DNA from: Anaeramoeba ignava BMAN
Lineage: Eukaryota > Protista > Anaeramoebae
DNA: 64,000 bases
Reading direction: 5' to 3'
Assembly: GCA_028826165.1 (NCBI GenBank)
Contig: JAPDFW010000059.1
Span: 930,001-994,000 of the forward strand
The position numbers and the translations under genes are program-made. The notes below the pieces were generated by a model. It did not search any database, was not told the DNA's origin, and was given only the letters and a program-made list of their open reading frames with translations. Positions 25,512 to 38,982 of the stretch are shown here, piece by piece; within the stretch, counting starts at the first letter, position 1, and each line of letters starts with the position of its first letter.

Positions 25512-26634
25512 TCATTTCTTTTATTTCTTTTATTTCTTTCATTTCAGTTTTTCTTTTGATTGGTGATTTTGATGATTTCGAATCAAATTGATATTTCTTG
25601 TTCATTTTTTGAAATTTCTTTCTCATTTTTTCTCTCTTTTTCTTTTCTTTATTGGCTTGTTTTTTGTTAATTTTTGAATTTTTTTGGATAAGTTGATCAT
25701 TTTCATCATTTGATTTTAATTTACTCAAATTTCCTTTTTTTAGATCACGAAATATTTCTTTTTGAATTGAACCAGATCTAAATAAAATTTCTTTTGCAAA
25801 ATTGATATTTTTTTTATCATTTTCATTGTTTTCATCATTTTCTTCCAAAATAATTTCTTCATTCTGTTTTAAACTTGAGCTTCTTTTGTTTAATTTTGAA
25901 TCCATAATTTCCGTATTATAAGGAAAATCGAAATCAAGAAAATCAAAAGAATCAACTTCTTGAGAATTTTTTCTTAAAAAATCATTTTGAACCCAAATTT
26001 TCATAAAATTTCCACACAAACAAGTTAAATGAAGTAAATAATGAAAATTAAGATGAAGATTTTTCTTAGCAAAATAATCAACAACGGATTGATTTCCTTT
26101 TAAAATTGCCAAATGTAAAGGGGCTCTATTTTTGGAATCGCGAATATTAATATCAACACCTTTTTGGATAAGCAAATCAATAATGTTTATATTTTGTTCT
26201 CTAGAAATGCAAGCTGAGTGAAGACTTCCCATACCGTTTTCATCAAGTAAAGAAATATCCGCTTGATTTTCAATTAAAATTCGAGTCATTTCTTCGTCTC
26301 CTTTTAAACAAGCGTAAATCAAAGCGGTTCTTCCTCGTTTGTCTTTAAGATTTGGATCCGCCTTGTGTTTGAGTAATTGGATCAAGAATTTAGGGTTTTT
26401 TGAGAGGACTGAATGGTGAATTGCTCCCATTTTCGTTTTTTCATCAATTAAATTTACATTTATGCTTTTGTGTCCAATTAAATATACAAAACTTAGTTTT
26501 TTGTTTTGAATTATTGTTTGAACTAATGGTGATTCATATTCGTTTGTTGATTTATTTATGTTTTTTTTGTTTATTAGTTTTTCTAATTCTTTTTCTTTGT
26601 CAAGTTCAATTATTTCATAGATTTTTTTTGCCAT
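24825..26634 (-). CDS. Ankyrin-repeat protein (one gene; apparent +1 slip in the NQ repeat near 25360)
   Basis: GRTALIYAC, APLHLA, GETPLH and GRTALHNAA ankyrin repeats; removing one A joins the two ORFs through QNEIKIEN...DQYIEIMEILIKTG. Confidence 0.82.
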
Positions 26635-26991
26635 TATTTAATTTATAAAATTAAACCAAATTTAAAAAGTAAATTAAAAAGTAAATTAAATCAATTTAAA
26701 AAGTAAAAAAATGAAAAAAAAATTTTGAATTTTTTTCTTGTGAATTTTTAATTAGATTTACTTATTCAAAAATAATCAAAATCAATTAAAAAATAAAATA
26801 AAAAATTAAAATAAAACTAACTGGAAAAGGGAAATTGGTTTTTCAATTTTTTTGATTTGTTTTTTATTTATTCTTTTTGTTTTTGTTTTTTATTTTTGTG
26901 GAAAAAGGAAAATTCGAAATTATTTGAAATATTTGAAAGTGTCTTGTTCTTTGGTTGTTTTGTTTTGTTTTTGAAATTAATTTCATTCAAA

Positions 26992-29075
26992 TCACTTTCT
27001 TTTTTTTTCATGTTTTGAGAATTTCTTTGCATTGAAATAAGCATTAACACTTTTGTCCTTAGATTTGGTTTTTGATCTTCTTCCTGAACTTAAATCTTGC
27101 ATTTCCTGAATATCTTCATTTAATTGATCCATCATCATATTCTGAACAGGAAGATAAGCCATATTACTTGTATGATAACGATTTCTTTGCTCTTCATTTC
27201 TTACAAAACGGAAAGCATTCTGACCTAAGGCTTGTCCTTGTTTTGTCAAATCAAGAGCTCTTTGGTGATCGTTATGAAGAGCAGCCTCACTTGAGCGTTC
27301 AGTAACATTTGCGTTGATAATATCAAGATCAATATCCTCTTGAGCTTTGTCTTCATTTTCAGTAACATCAAGTGCCTGAGTAAGTATTCTTTTACGGATT
27401 GTTCCGTCAAGTAATTTGTATTCAATCTGGAATTGTACAAATACTTTCTGTGTTTCAGGTGAATCATCTCTAAAATCGTAATTGAAAGTGATGCTTTCAT
27501 CATTGGAAACGTTTCCTCTTTCTTCATAATGAGAAGAGACTCTTTCATCATTTTCATCCATTTTTTTGGCGTTTTGATTTTCTGCAGAGTCATAGATAAA
27601 CATGTTTTTATGGATGATAATTTTGATTCTAACTTGAGTTGCAACTATTTTTGCAGATAAAAATTCTTTGAAAGTATCCTGGATTTGTGTTGGCTTGACA
27701 ATATCCATATCGCCTTCAGTTTCTTGCACAACTTTTGAGATTTGTTCCAAGTTGCAGTCAGTATCATCAAAAGTCATAACGGAAATCATGATTCCCTTAT
27801 TCTTGCATTCCAACGCCAATTGGGTATAAAATGATTCCATATTTTCTTTTGCATCATCTCTTTTATTGAGTTCGTCATCATCATCAACGTTTCCAATTCC
27901 AATATTACTTTTTCCATCTGTGCACAGGATTACTCTTGATCCTTCTTTCTTTCCCGCGAGTTCTGCGGACACAACAAGCGCAGGTCCTAATGCTGTTTGT
28001 CCGTTGTCTTCAAGATTTTGAAGGTTGCTTTGAAGTAATCTTTTTGTTTCTTTAATTGCCGGAATATTCCGTTTTGAAACCGAATTTTTGATCTCTTCAA
28101 TGTTAAGAAGTGTATCTTTTTCAAGTGTTTTTGTTGGGTTTCTTGTGTCTTCGTGTATCTTTACTATGTTGCTGAATGATACAAGTCCTACTCGTTTGTT
28201 TGGTGAATCTCGATAGAATGATTCAATTTGACTTTGGATTGCAATTTTTAAGCAATCAAGTCGGGATATGTACATTTGGTTTTGTGGGAGTCTTTGTATT
28301 TGTTGAAATGAATCGTCTGCGAAGTTTGGAATGTTTTGTTTTTGGGTTTTTTTAATTTTTTGGAAGTCTTCTTTTGTTCCTTGAATCTTTTTTTATAAAT
28401 AAATTTTTTAATTTTAATTTTTTAAATGAATTTTTTAAATGAATTTTAATTTTAATTTTAATTTTAATTTTAATTTTAATTTTAATATTAATTTTAATTT
28501 TTTAAATGAATTTTTTAAATGAATTTTAATTTTAAATTTGATTTTAATTTTAATTTTGAATTTAATTTTGATTTTAATTTTAATTTTGATTTTATAAATG
28601 AATTTTAATTTTAATTTTAATTTTAATTTTAATTTTAATTTTAATTTTAATTTTAATTTTAGAAAAATACTTCATAAGTTGTGCACATTGAACCAGATGT
28701 ATCAACACAAAAAATAACAATTTCATCTTCTTGATTTTCTTCTTTATCTGAAATAGCAATTAAATAATCAACTTGAGGTTTTTCAGCTTTAATTTTTTCA
28801 TTTTCAATTAATTCATTTCTTTCACCACAAAATTCACAAACCCAAACTTGTTTTTCTGATTTTTCTTCTTTTGGTTCAAGTATTGAAAATGAATTCAAAC
28901 AAGCTCCACATTTACATTCATATGGAATATGTTGATCTGTATCAAATGCTCGATCTTCAAGTGATTCAAATGATAATGAAATTACGTTTGTTGAAATTTC
29001 TTCTACTCTTCTAAAATTAACTTTTTTTTGTCTTCTACGATTTTGATAAGCAAATTTTGATGCAAACTTAAACAT
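26992..29075 (-). CDS. Sec23/24-type Zn finger + vWA domain protein (resembles the C-terminal region of circularly permuted Ras proteins); exons 29075-28671, 28386-26992
   Basis: CKCGACLN...WVCEFCG zinc finger; FCVDTSGSM, TALGPAL and ILCTDGKSNIGIG vWA motifs; in-frame GT...AAG intron. Confidence 0.8.
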
Positions 29076-29269
29076 TTTTGTTTAAAACAAAAAAGGAAAA
29101 AAATAAAAAATAAAAAAATAAAAAAATTTAAATTAAAAAATGAATAAAAAAAAGCAAAAAAAAAAATTTATTTAAAAATAAATATAAAACGTTTTTTTTT
29201 TAATTTTTTGATAATTCTCAATTTAAATTTTTTAATTAATTTTAAACTGAGACTTTTAATTATTTTTTA

Positions 29270-31020
29270 ATTTCAATTTATTTAATCAAATTTAATCAAA
29301 TTTAATTATTCAAAACTAATTAAATCTATTCCACTTTTTTATTTTATTAATTTTAATTAAATTTAATTAATCAAAACTAATTAAATTTATTCCACTTTTT
29401 TATTTTATTAAATTTAATCAAATTTAATCAAAATTTATTAATCAAAACTATTTAAATTTATTCCACTTTTTTATTTTATTAATTTTAATTAAATTTAATC
29501 AAATTTATTAATCAAAACTATTTAAATTTATTCCACTTTTTTATTTTATTAATTTTAATCAAAACTAATTAAATCTATTCCACTTTTTTATTTTATTAAT
29601 TTTAATTTAAATTTAATTAAAATTAATTAATCAAAAGTAATTAAATTTATTCCACTTTTTTATTTTATTAATTTAAATCAAATTTAATTAATCAAAACTA
29701 ATTAAATCTATTCCACTTTTTTATTTTATTAATTTAAATTAAATTTAATTAATCAAAACTTATTTAAATCTATTCCACTTTTTTATTTTATTAATTTTAA
29801 TCAAATTTAATTAAAATTAATTAATCAAAACTAATTAAATTTAATCCACTTTTTTATTTTATTAATTTTAATCAAATTTAATTAAAATTATTTAATCAAA
29901 ACTAATTAAATTTAATCCACTTTTTTATTTCAATTTATTTCATCAAATTTAATCAAAATTAATTAATCAAAACTAATTAAATTTATTCCACTTTTTTATT
30001 TTATTAATTTAAATTAAATTTAATTAAAATTAATTAATCAAAACTAATTAAATTTATTCCACTTTTTTATTTTATTAATTTTAATCAAAACTAATTAAAT
30101 TTATTCCACTTTTTTATTTTATTAATTTTAATTAAATTTAATTAAAATTAATTAATCAAAAGTAATTAAATTTATTCCACTTTTTTATTTTATTAATTTT
30201 AATTAAATTTAATTAATCAAAACTAATTAAATTTATTCCACTTTTTTATTTTATTAATTTAAATCAAATTTAATCAAAACTAATTAATCAAAACTAATTA
30301 AATTTATTCCACTTTTTATTTTATTAATTTTAATCAAATTTAATCAAATTTATTTATTCAAAACTAATTAAATTTATTCCACTTTTTTATTTTATTAATT
30401 TTAATCAAATTTAATTAAATTATTTAATCAAAACTTATTTAAATTTATTCCACTTTTTTATTTTATTAATTTTAATTAAATTTAATCAAATTAATTAATC
30501 AAAACTAATTAAATCTATTCCACTTTTTTATTTTATTAATTTTAATTAAATTTAATTAATCAAAACTTATTTAAATCTATTCCACTTTTTTATTTTATTA
30601 ATTTTAATCAAATTTAATTAAAATTAATTAATCAAAACTAATTAAATTTAATCCACTTTTTTATTTTATTAATTTTAATCAAATTTAATTAAAATTATTT
30701 AATCAAAACTAATTAAATTTAATCCACTTTTTTATTTCAATTTATTTCATCAAAATTAATCAAAATTAATTAATCAAAACTAATTAAATTTATTCCACTT
30801 TTTTATTTTATTAATTTAAATTAAATTTAATTAAAATTAATTAATCAAAACTAATTAAATTTATTCCACTTTTTTATTTTATTAATTTTAATCAAATTTA
30901 ATTAAATTTAATCAAAACTTATTTAAATTTATTCCACTTTTTTATTTTATTAATTTTAAACAAATTTAATCAAATTTATTCCACTTTTTTATTTTATTAA
31001 TTTTAATTAAATTTATTTAA
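29270..31020. repeat. Minisatellite, variable unit of about 47-72 bp, about 26 copies
   Basis: Invariant core TCCACTTTTT(T)ATTTT with a variable number of AAATTTAATC/TAA subunits. Confidence 0.92.
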
Positions 31021-31073
31021 ATTAAAATTAAAATTTGTTTTAAATTCTTTTATTAAATTTATTTGTGTTAAAT

Positions 31074-33857
31074 TTATTTATTCGTTTGAAAATAACCAGT
31101 AGCATGTAAAATATTTCTTCTACTAAATCCAATATTCATAACAGGAGTATTTTTAGTAGGAAAAGATTTCAATAATAAAACAGCTTGTTGAGATTTTTCA
31201 TTTGAATGAAAATCGGAAGTAAAATTAAATAGAGAAGAATCAGGAAGAAGTCTAGCCATATTAGCATCCCAAATCTTAACAGAATTATCGAGAGAACCTG
31301 AAGCGAGAATATTTCCATCAAGAACACTAAAATCAAGTGAAGAAACTGTTGATTCATGTTGATGCATTTTTCTTATTATTTTTCCTGTTCCAATATCCCA
31401 TAAAATTATTGATCCATCTTCACTTCCTGATGCTAATATTCTTCCATCTGGTGAAAATGCTAATGATGTTATTCCTCCTCTATGTCCTGTTGGTGAACAA
31501 AATATTCTCACACAATTTGCTGTGTTTGTTTCCCATAATCTTACTGTTTTATCTGATGATCCTGTTGCTATATAATGAACATTAGGATGAAATCTTACAC
31601 ACTTTAATATTAATATTAATTTTAATTTTTGATTTTAATTTTAATTTTAATTTTAATTTTGATTTTGATTTTAATTTTAAATATGAATTTTGATTTTAAT
31701 TTTAATTTAAATTTTAATTTTTAATATTCATTTTAATTTCAAATGAATTTTAATTTTTGATTTAATTTTAATTTTAATTTTTGATTTTATAAATGAATTT
31801 TAATTTTAATTTTAATTTTCAAATGAATTTTAATTTTAATTTTAATTTTAATTTTAATTTTAATTTTTGATTTTGATTTTGATTTTGATTTTAATTTTAA
31901 TTTTAATTTTAATTTTGATTTTGATTTTAATATTAATTTAATTTTTAATTTAATTTTTAATTATAATTCGATTTTGATTTGAATCAAATACATCAACATC
32001 AGATAAATGACCAGAAAAAACTCTAATAGGAAAAACTCTCTCAGTAACCCAAAGCATAGCAGATTGGTCATAAGAAGCAGTAACAAAATGATAACCCAAG
32101 GGACTAAATTGAACATCCCAAATTGGGTAATTATGACCTTTATAAATTGCAAGATTTGATTTTGTATCCAAACTCCAAAGACGAGCAGTGCCATCTTGGG
32201 AGCAAGAAACAACAAGCTTGCTTTCTAAATTAAATCTAGTTGCATAAACTGGGCCATGATGTCCAAAAATGTTATATAATCTTTCTCTTTTGTGTCTAAA
32301 ATTTGAGTTGTATTTTCATTCATTTTTTCTTCTTCTTCGTTTAAATTATTCTTTTGTTTATCAGCTAAATCCCAAACTCTAATTGTAGAATCAGAAAATC
32401 CTGCTACTACATATCGTGATTCTGCTGATACTTCTGAACAATTAATTTTCCCTTCAGAATGGAAAAAAGTAAATAAACAAATTGATGGAAGATTTTGTTG
32501 ACTTAATTCTTCGGCTTGAACTAATTCTTCTTTAATTGATTCTTCTAGTTTTTGTGTTCTTTAATATTTATAATATTTATTTAAATATTTATATTTATTT
32601 TTATTTAAATATTTATATTTTATTACAATCTAGGAAATAAAATTGTTGAATTTTTGATTCGATTTTCTTGTTTTGGAATCGTTGGCTTTTGTATTTTGCG
32701 TTTTCTCTAAAATATTTTTTTTTCAAGTTAAATTGGAATTTTGAATTTTGAATGAATTTTATTTTAAATTCATTAAAATACTCTTTTTAATTGCATTAAC
32801 TTTTTTTGTTCTTCTTCAAATTTTTGTTGTATTTTCATTTCAGCAACTTGATCTTGAATACAATTTTCAAGTAAACCCCATTGAACAGGAACAGAATTTA
32901 ACCTATCAATATCCTTTTGAATTTCACCAGTAATAATTGCAGTTGGTTGTTCAATATCATTTTTTGATTGCCTTCCTGAACTTAATTCCTTAACATCCAC
33001 AACTAAAATTTATTTCAATTATTTTTTTTTTCAATCATTTCAATTAAAATTTTTCAAATATTCTTCTACCTCTGATATTAATAAATTGATTCACAATCCC
33101 TAATAATAATTTGAAGTTTTTATCTTGAAGAAATGCAACAAAAAGTTCAAAAGAATAAGATGATAATTTAATATTGAATTTATATTTTTCAAAATTTCTT
33201 GCTAATGAATTTTCCATAATATGTCTTGTATTTTGAATAGATTTAAGAATTGCAAGTTCTTCAGAATGAAAAGCCATATGATCATAATTATTGTTCTCAA
33301 AAAATTGTTGAGCTAATAATTGATAATTTGAAATCAAATCAAATCAAATCAAATCAAATTATTTTTTTTTAATTTTAAATTAAATTTTAAATTTTCAAAT
33401 TCAAATTTCTTCATAAAAAATAAAATCAACCTTCTTTAATATGATCTTTGCGAATTAAATCAAGATAACAATGTACAAATATTGGATATAATAAAATAAA
33501 TAATTCAGCCTTAAATTAAATTAAAATTAAATTAAATTAAAATAAATTTCTTTCTTGATTTTGTTTTTCTTTTTTTTTCAATAAAAAAATTTATTCCAAG
33601 ATTTAATTTACTTGAAATATTTCTAAAGAAGAGAGGATCCAATTCTTTAATTCTAAATATGATTTTTCATATGTTTCAGGTGATGCTTCTGAATTTTTTG
33701 AAAAAAGTATATAATCAATAATATCTGTATCTTGATTTAATAAAAGTTCTTTTGTATGATCTTCAATTTGAGCTTCTGAAAGAAAATGCTTTTCAGTTTG
33801 ACGATAACCGTTATGTCTTAAATATTCCCAAATGGCTTTATTAATTCTTAACGTCAT
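31074..33857 (-). CDS. TAF5: TFIID subunit TAF5 (LisH, NTD2, WD40), 7 exons, one probable missing base near 32266
   Basis: LisH (AIWEYLRHNGY), NTD2 (LYPIFVHCYLDLI), LPSICLFTF, YKGHNYPIWDVQFSPLGYHFVTAS, GHLSDVDCVRFHPN and a C-terminal FPTKNTPV...FSRRNIL; six GT-AG introns. Confidence 0.93.
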
Positions 33858-33951
33858 TTTCAATGAAAAAATGAAAAATGAAAAAATGAATTAAAATTTT
33901 TTTTTATTTTTTTTTTCATTTTTTTCTTCTTTTTTTTTTTATTAAATTATT
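33858..33951. promoter_or_regulatory. 94-bp bidirectional promoter between TAF5 and the PDK1-like gene, with back-to-back TCATTTTT motifs
   Basis: (AAAAATGA) x3 on the TAF5 side and TCATTTTTTT at 33916 on the plus side. Confidence 0.6.
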
Positions 33952-36900
33952 ATGAAGAACAGTTTAAAAGATGAATATGATATTGGACATGAAATTGGAA
34001 GAAGTATTTTTGGTCCAGTTTTAAGAGTAACTTCAAAAAAAACAGGAAAACATTTTGCTGTTAAAGTTTTTTCCAAAAAGAAATTACTTTCATTATCAAA
34101 ACAACATTATCCAAACACAGAAAGAGAAATATTATCAAAATTACATCATGAAAACATAATTCAAATTTTTCGGACATTTCAAGATGTTTCCAATTTATGT
34201 AACAAAATTAAAATAAGAACTCCAAATAAAAATTAAATTAAAATATTAAATTAAAAATTAAATTAAAATATTAAATTAAAAAAAGATTTTGTTATGGAAT
34301 CTGCTGATGGTGGAAAACTTAGTGAATATATTGTTAAAGTATAAAAAAAATTTTTTTTTCTTTAAGGAAAATATTTGATTATTCAAATTATTCGATTATT
34401 TGAATATTATTTAAATATTATTTGAATATTTGAATATTTTTTGAATATTTAAATATTTGATTATTTAAATATTATTTGATTATTTGAATATTTGATTATT
34501 CCAATTATTTGATTATTTGATTATTTGATTATTATTTGAATATTTGAATATTATTTGAATATTATTTGATTATTTAAATATTATTTAATTTTTTGGATAT
34601 TTAATTATTCCATTATTTGAATATTATTTGATTATTTAAATATTATTTAAATATTTGATTATTTGAATATTATTTAAATATTTGAATATTTTTTGAATAT
34701 TTTTTGAATATTTGAATATTTAAATATTATTTGATTATTTAAATATTTGATTATTCAAATTATTCCATTATTTAAAATTTGATTATTTAAGTATTATTTG
34801 AATAATATTTGATTATTTAAATATTTGAATATTTGATTATTTGAATATTATTTAATTATTTGGATATTTAATTATTCCATTATTTGAATAATATTTGATT
34901 ATTTAAGTATGGCGGATTAGGTGAAGAATCTGGAAGGTTTGTTCTTGCAGAAATTGTCAATACAATTGAATATCTTCAATCAATGAATATTCTTCATAGA
35001 AGTTTTACTTCAGAAAATATGTTATTTACAGTAGATCATCATTTGAAAGTTGTATCATTTGCTTCAGCTCAAAAATATGAAAAAAAAAGATATGGTTTGT
35101 AAAATCATATTTAAAATCAAAATCAAATTAAAATCATATTAAAATTAAAATTAAAATCTAAAATCAAAATTAAAATCAAAATCAAAATCAAAATTAAAAT
35201 CAAAATCTAAATCAAATTTAAAATTAAAATCAAAATCTAAATCAAATTTAAAATTAAAATTAAAATCAAAATCAAAATTAAAATCAAAATCAAAATTAAA
35301 ATCAAAATCAAAATCAAAATCAAAATTAAAATCAAAATCAAAATTAAAATCAAAATCAAAATTAAAATAAATCAAAATTAAAATCAAAATCAAAATCATA
35401 TTTAAAATTAAAATCAAAATCAAAATCATATTTAAAATTAAAATCAAAATCAAAATTAAAATTAAAATCAAAATCAAAATAATTCAATTTAGTTCAAACA
35501 ACTGCTTTTGATGGTGTTATTAATTATACATGTCCAGAAATTTTAAAAGACCAAATTATGGTTCCTGAAAGTTATTTATGGTTTCTTGGTTGTCTTATTT
35601 ATGAAATTTTTGCTGGAGAATTTCCATTTCAAGGACTTATTCCTTTAGAAATTTATCGAAAAATTCTTAAAAAAGAATTACATTTTCCATCAAATTTTCC
35701 TGAACAAGCAAAAGATTTACTTTTTAAACTTTTGGTATTTTAATTCAATAAATATTTTAATTTAATAATTATTTTAATTTAATAAATATTTCAATTTAAT
35801 AAATATTTTAATTTAATAATTATTTCAATTCAATAATTATTTCAATTCAATAAATATTTTAATTTAATAAATATTTCAATTCAATAAATATTTCAATTTA
35901 ATAAATATTTCAATTTAATAAATATTTTAATTTAATAAATATTTTAATTTAATAAATATTTTAATTAAATAAATATTTCAATTTAATAAATATTTTAATT
36001 TAATAATTATTTTATTTCAATAAATATTTCAATTCAATAATTATTTTAATTTAATAAATATTTTAATTCAATAAATATTTTAATTTAATAAATATTTCAA
36101 TTCAATAAATATTTTAATTCAATAAATATTTTAATTTAATAATTATTTTAATTTAATAAATATTTCAATTTAATAAATATTTTAATTTAATAATTATTTC
36201 AATTTAATAAATATTTTAATTTAATAAATATTTTATTCAATAATTATTTCAATTTAATAAATATTTTAATTTAATAAATATTTTTAATTTAATAAATATT
36301 TTAATTTAATAAATATTTCAATTTAATAAATATTTTATTTAATAATTATTTCAATTTAATAAATATTTTAATTTAATAAATATTTTTAATTTAATAAATA
36401 TTTTAATTTAATAATTATTTCAATTCAATAATTATTTCAATTCAATAAATATTTTAATTTAATAAATATTTCAATTCAATAAATATTTTAATTCAATAAA
36501 TATTTCAATTCAATAATTATTTTAATTTAATAAATATTTTAATTTAATAAATATTTCAATTCAATAAATATTTTAATTCAATAAATATTTTAATTTAATA
36601 ATTATTTTAATTTAATAAATATTTCAATTTAATAAATATTTTAATTTAATAATTATTTCAATTTAATAAATATTTTAATTTAATAAATATTTTATTCAAT
36701 AATTATTTCAATTTAATAAATATTTTAATTTAATAAATATTTTAATTTAATAAATATTTTAATTCAATAAATATTTCAATTCAATAATTATTTTAATTTA
36801 ATAAATATTTTAATTTAATAAATATTTAATTTAATAAATATTTTAATTTAATAAATATTTTAATTTAATAAATATTTCAATTTAATAAATATTTTTAATT

Positions 36901-38073
36901 TAATAAATATTTCAATTTAATAAATATTTTAATTTAATAAATATTTTATTCAATAATTATTTCAATTTAATAAATATTTTAATTTAATAAATATTTTAAT
37001 TTAATAAATATTTTAATTCAATAAATATTTTAATTCAATAAGTATTTTAATTCAATAAATATTTCAATTCAATAATTATTTCAATTCAATAAATATTTCA
37101 ATTTAATAAATATTTTAATTTAATAAATATTTTATTTTAATAAATATTTTAATTTAATAAATATTTTAATTTAATAAATAATTTAATTTAATAAATATTT
37201 TAATTCAATAAATATTTTAATTTAATTTAATAAATATTTTAATTAAATAAATATTTTAATTCAATAAATATTTTAATTTAATAAATATTTTAATTTAATT
37301 TAATAATTATTTTATTAAATAATTAGGTATTAGATCCAGAACAACGTATTGGTGCTCATGGAGATATGGAATCAATTAAAAAACATCCATTTTTTCAAGA
37401 TATTAATTTTGCTAGATTACCACAAAAAAATCCACCAAAATTTCGCTCAGTTTTACCAACTTTAAATGATTTATTCATTCACGATTACGAAAAAATATCA
37501 GTAAACATAAACGATGAACAACAAGGAATTTCACAAGAAAATTCTCATCCAGAATTATCAGGTAGAAAAGTGTCAAGAACTGAATCACAGAGAATAAATG
37601 CAATTCGTGCAAAACTTCTTCGTGAACAAAAGAAAAAAAGTCCTTGGGCTAAATTTTTAAATGAGAATGAATTGATTGTTGAATCAGGTCCAACTATTAA
37701 GAAAAAAAATATCAGTCAAAAAAAACGTCATTTGATTTTAACTGATTTACCTCGTTTTATTTATTTTGATTCTTCCAAAAATGAGAAGAAAGGTGAAATT
37801 GCTTTTACATCAGAACTTAAAATTGATTTAAAGGATAATAAATTCTTCAATATTGTTACTGTAAAAAGAAATTAATAACAAATTAAATTAATCCAAATTA
37901 TTTTTTTTTGTTAAATTCTTGTTTTCTTTCTTTCTTTCTATTTATTTTTTTAGCCAAAAAGAACTTATTATATGGAAGATTTGAATGAAGATGCAGAACG
38001 TTGGGTTTTAAAAGTTAATTCATTTCAAAAGTCTCTTTTCAAATTAACAGATGGAGATTTATTGGATATTTAA
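33952..38073 (+). CDS. PDK1/Pkh-like kinase fold + PH domain, probable pseudokinase; exons 33952-34198, 34286-34338, 34908-35094, 35493-35734, 37327-37860, 37954-38073
   Basis: FAVK, TEREILSKLHH, YTCPE and IKKHPFF, plus a PDK1-type PH domain (RHLILTDLPRFIYFD...KKGEI...VTPKRTYYMED...AERW). All six exons join in frame. Confidence 0.88.
34370..34905. repeat. Degenerate 9-12 bp repeat (TTATTTGAA/TATTTAAA) filling PDK1-like intron 2
   Basis: Directly visible. Confidence 0.85.
35740..37320. repeat. 17-bp tandem repeat (AATAAATATTTTAATTT) filling PDK1-like intron 4
   Basis: About 1.6 kb of the 17-mer with minor variants. Confidence 0.93.
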
Positions 38074-38912
38074 AATCAAAATTAAAATTAAAATCAAAAT
38101 TAAAATTAAAATTAAAATTAAAATTTAAAATTAAATTTAAAATCAAAATTAAAATTAAAATCAAAATCAAAATCAAAATCAAAATCAAAATTAAAATCAA
38201 AAATTAAAATTAAAATTAAAATTAAAATCAAAATTAAAATCAAAATTAAAATCAAAATCAAAATCAAAATTAAAATCAAAATGAAAATTAAAATTAAAAT
38301 TAAAATTAAAATTAAAATCAAAATTAAAATTAAAATTAAAATCAAAATTAAAATTAATATTAAAATTAAAATCAAAATCAAAATTAAAATTAATATTAAA
38401 ATTAAAAATTAAAATTAAAATTAAAATTAAAAATTAAAATCAAAAATTAAAATCAAAAATCAAAATCAAAATTAAAATTAAAATTAAAATTAAAATTAAA
38501 AATCAAAATTAAAATTAAAATTAAAATCAAAATTAAAATTAAAATTAAATTTAAATCAAAATTAAAATTAAAATTAAAATCAAAATTAATATTAAAATTA
38601 ATATTGAAATTAAAATTAAAATTAAAATTAAAATTAAAATCAAAAATTAAAATTAAAATTAAAATTAAAATCAAAATTAAAATTAAAATTAAAATTAAAA
38701 TTAAAATCAAAAATTAAAATTAAAATTAAAATCAAAAATTAAAATTAAAATTAAAATTAAAATTAAAATTAAAATTAAAATTTAATTTAAAATCAAAATC
38801 AAAATTAAAATTAAAATCAAAATTAAAATCAAAATCAAAATCAAAATCAAAATCAAAATTAAAATTAAAATTAAAATTAAAATTAAAATTAAAATTAAAA
38901 TTAAAATTAAAA
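38074..38912. repeat. (AAAATT/AAAATC)n hexamer tract, intergenic
   Basis: Directly visible; source of spurious IL/FN ORFs. Confidence 0.93.
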
Positions 38913-38982
38913 TTTCAAAATTATTTTTTTCATTTTTTTTCTTTTCAAAATAATAAAAAATTAAGAAAATTAAAAAAATAAA

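Noticed and set aside
29270-31020. CRISPR-like appearance (constant core with variable spacing)
   Set aside because: Spacers are copies of each other, the context is eukaryotic and no cas genes are present
34786-34796. Extra TTTAAGTAT acceptor-like copy in PDK1-like intron 2 as another microexon
   Set aside because: No AG-NNN-GT structure; it is a repeat-derived duplicate. No other microexon arrays were seen in the remaining introns
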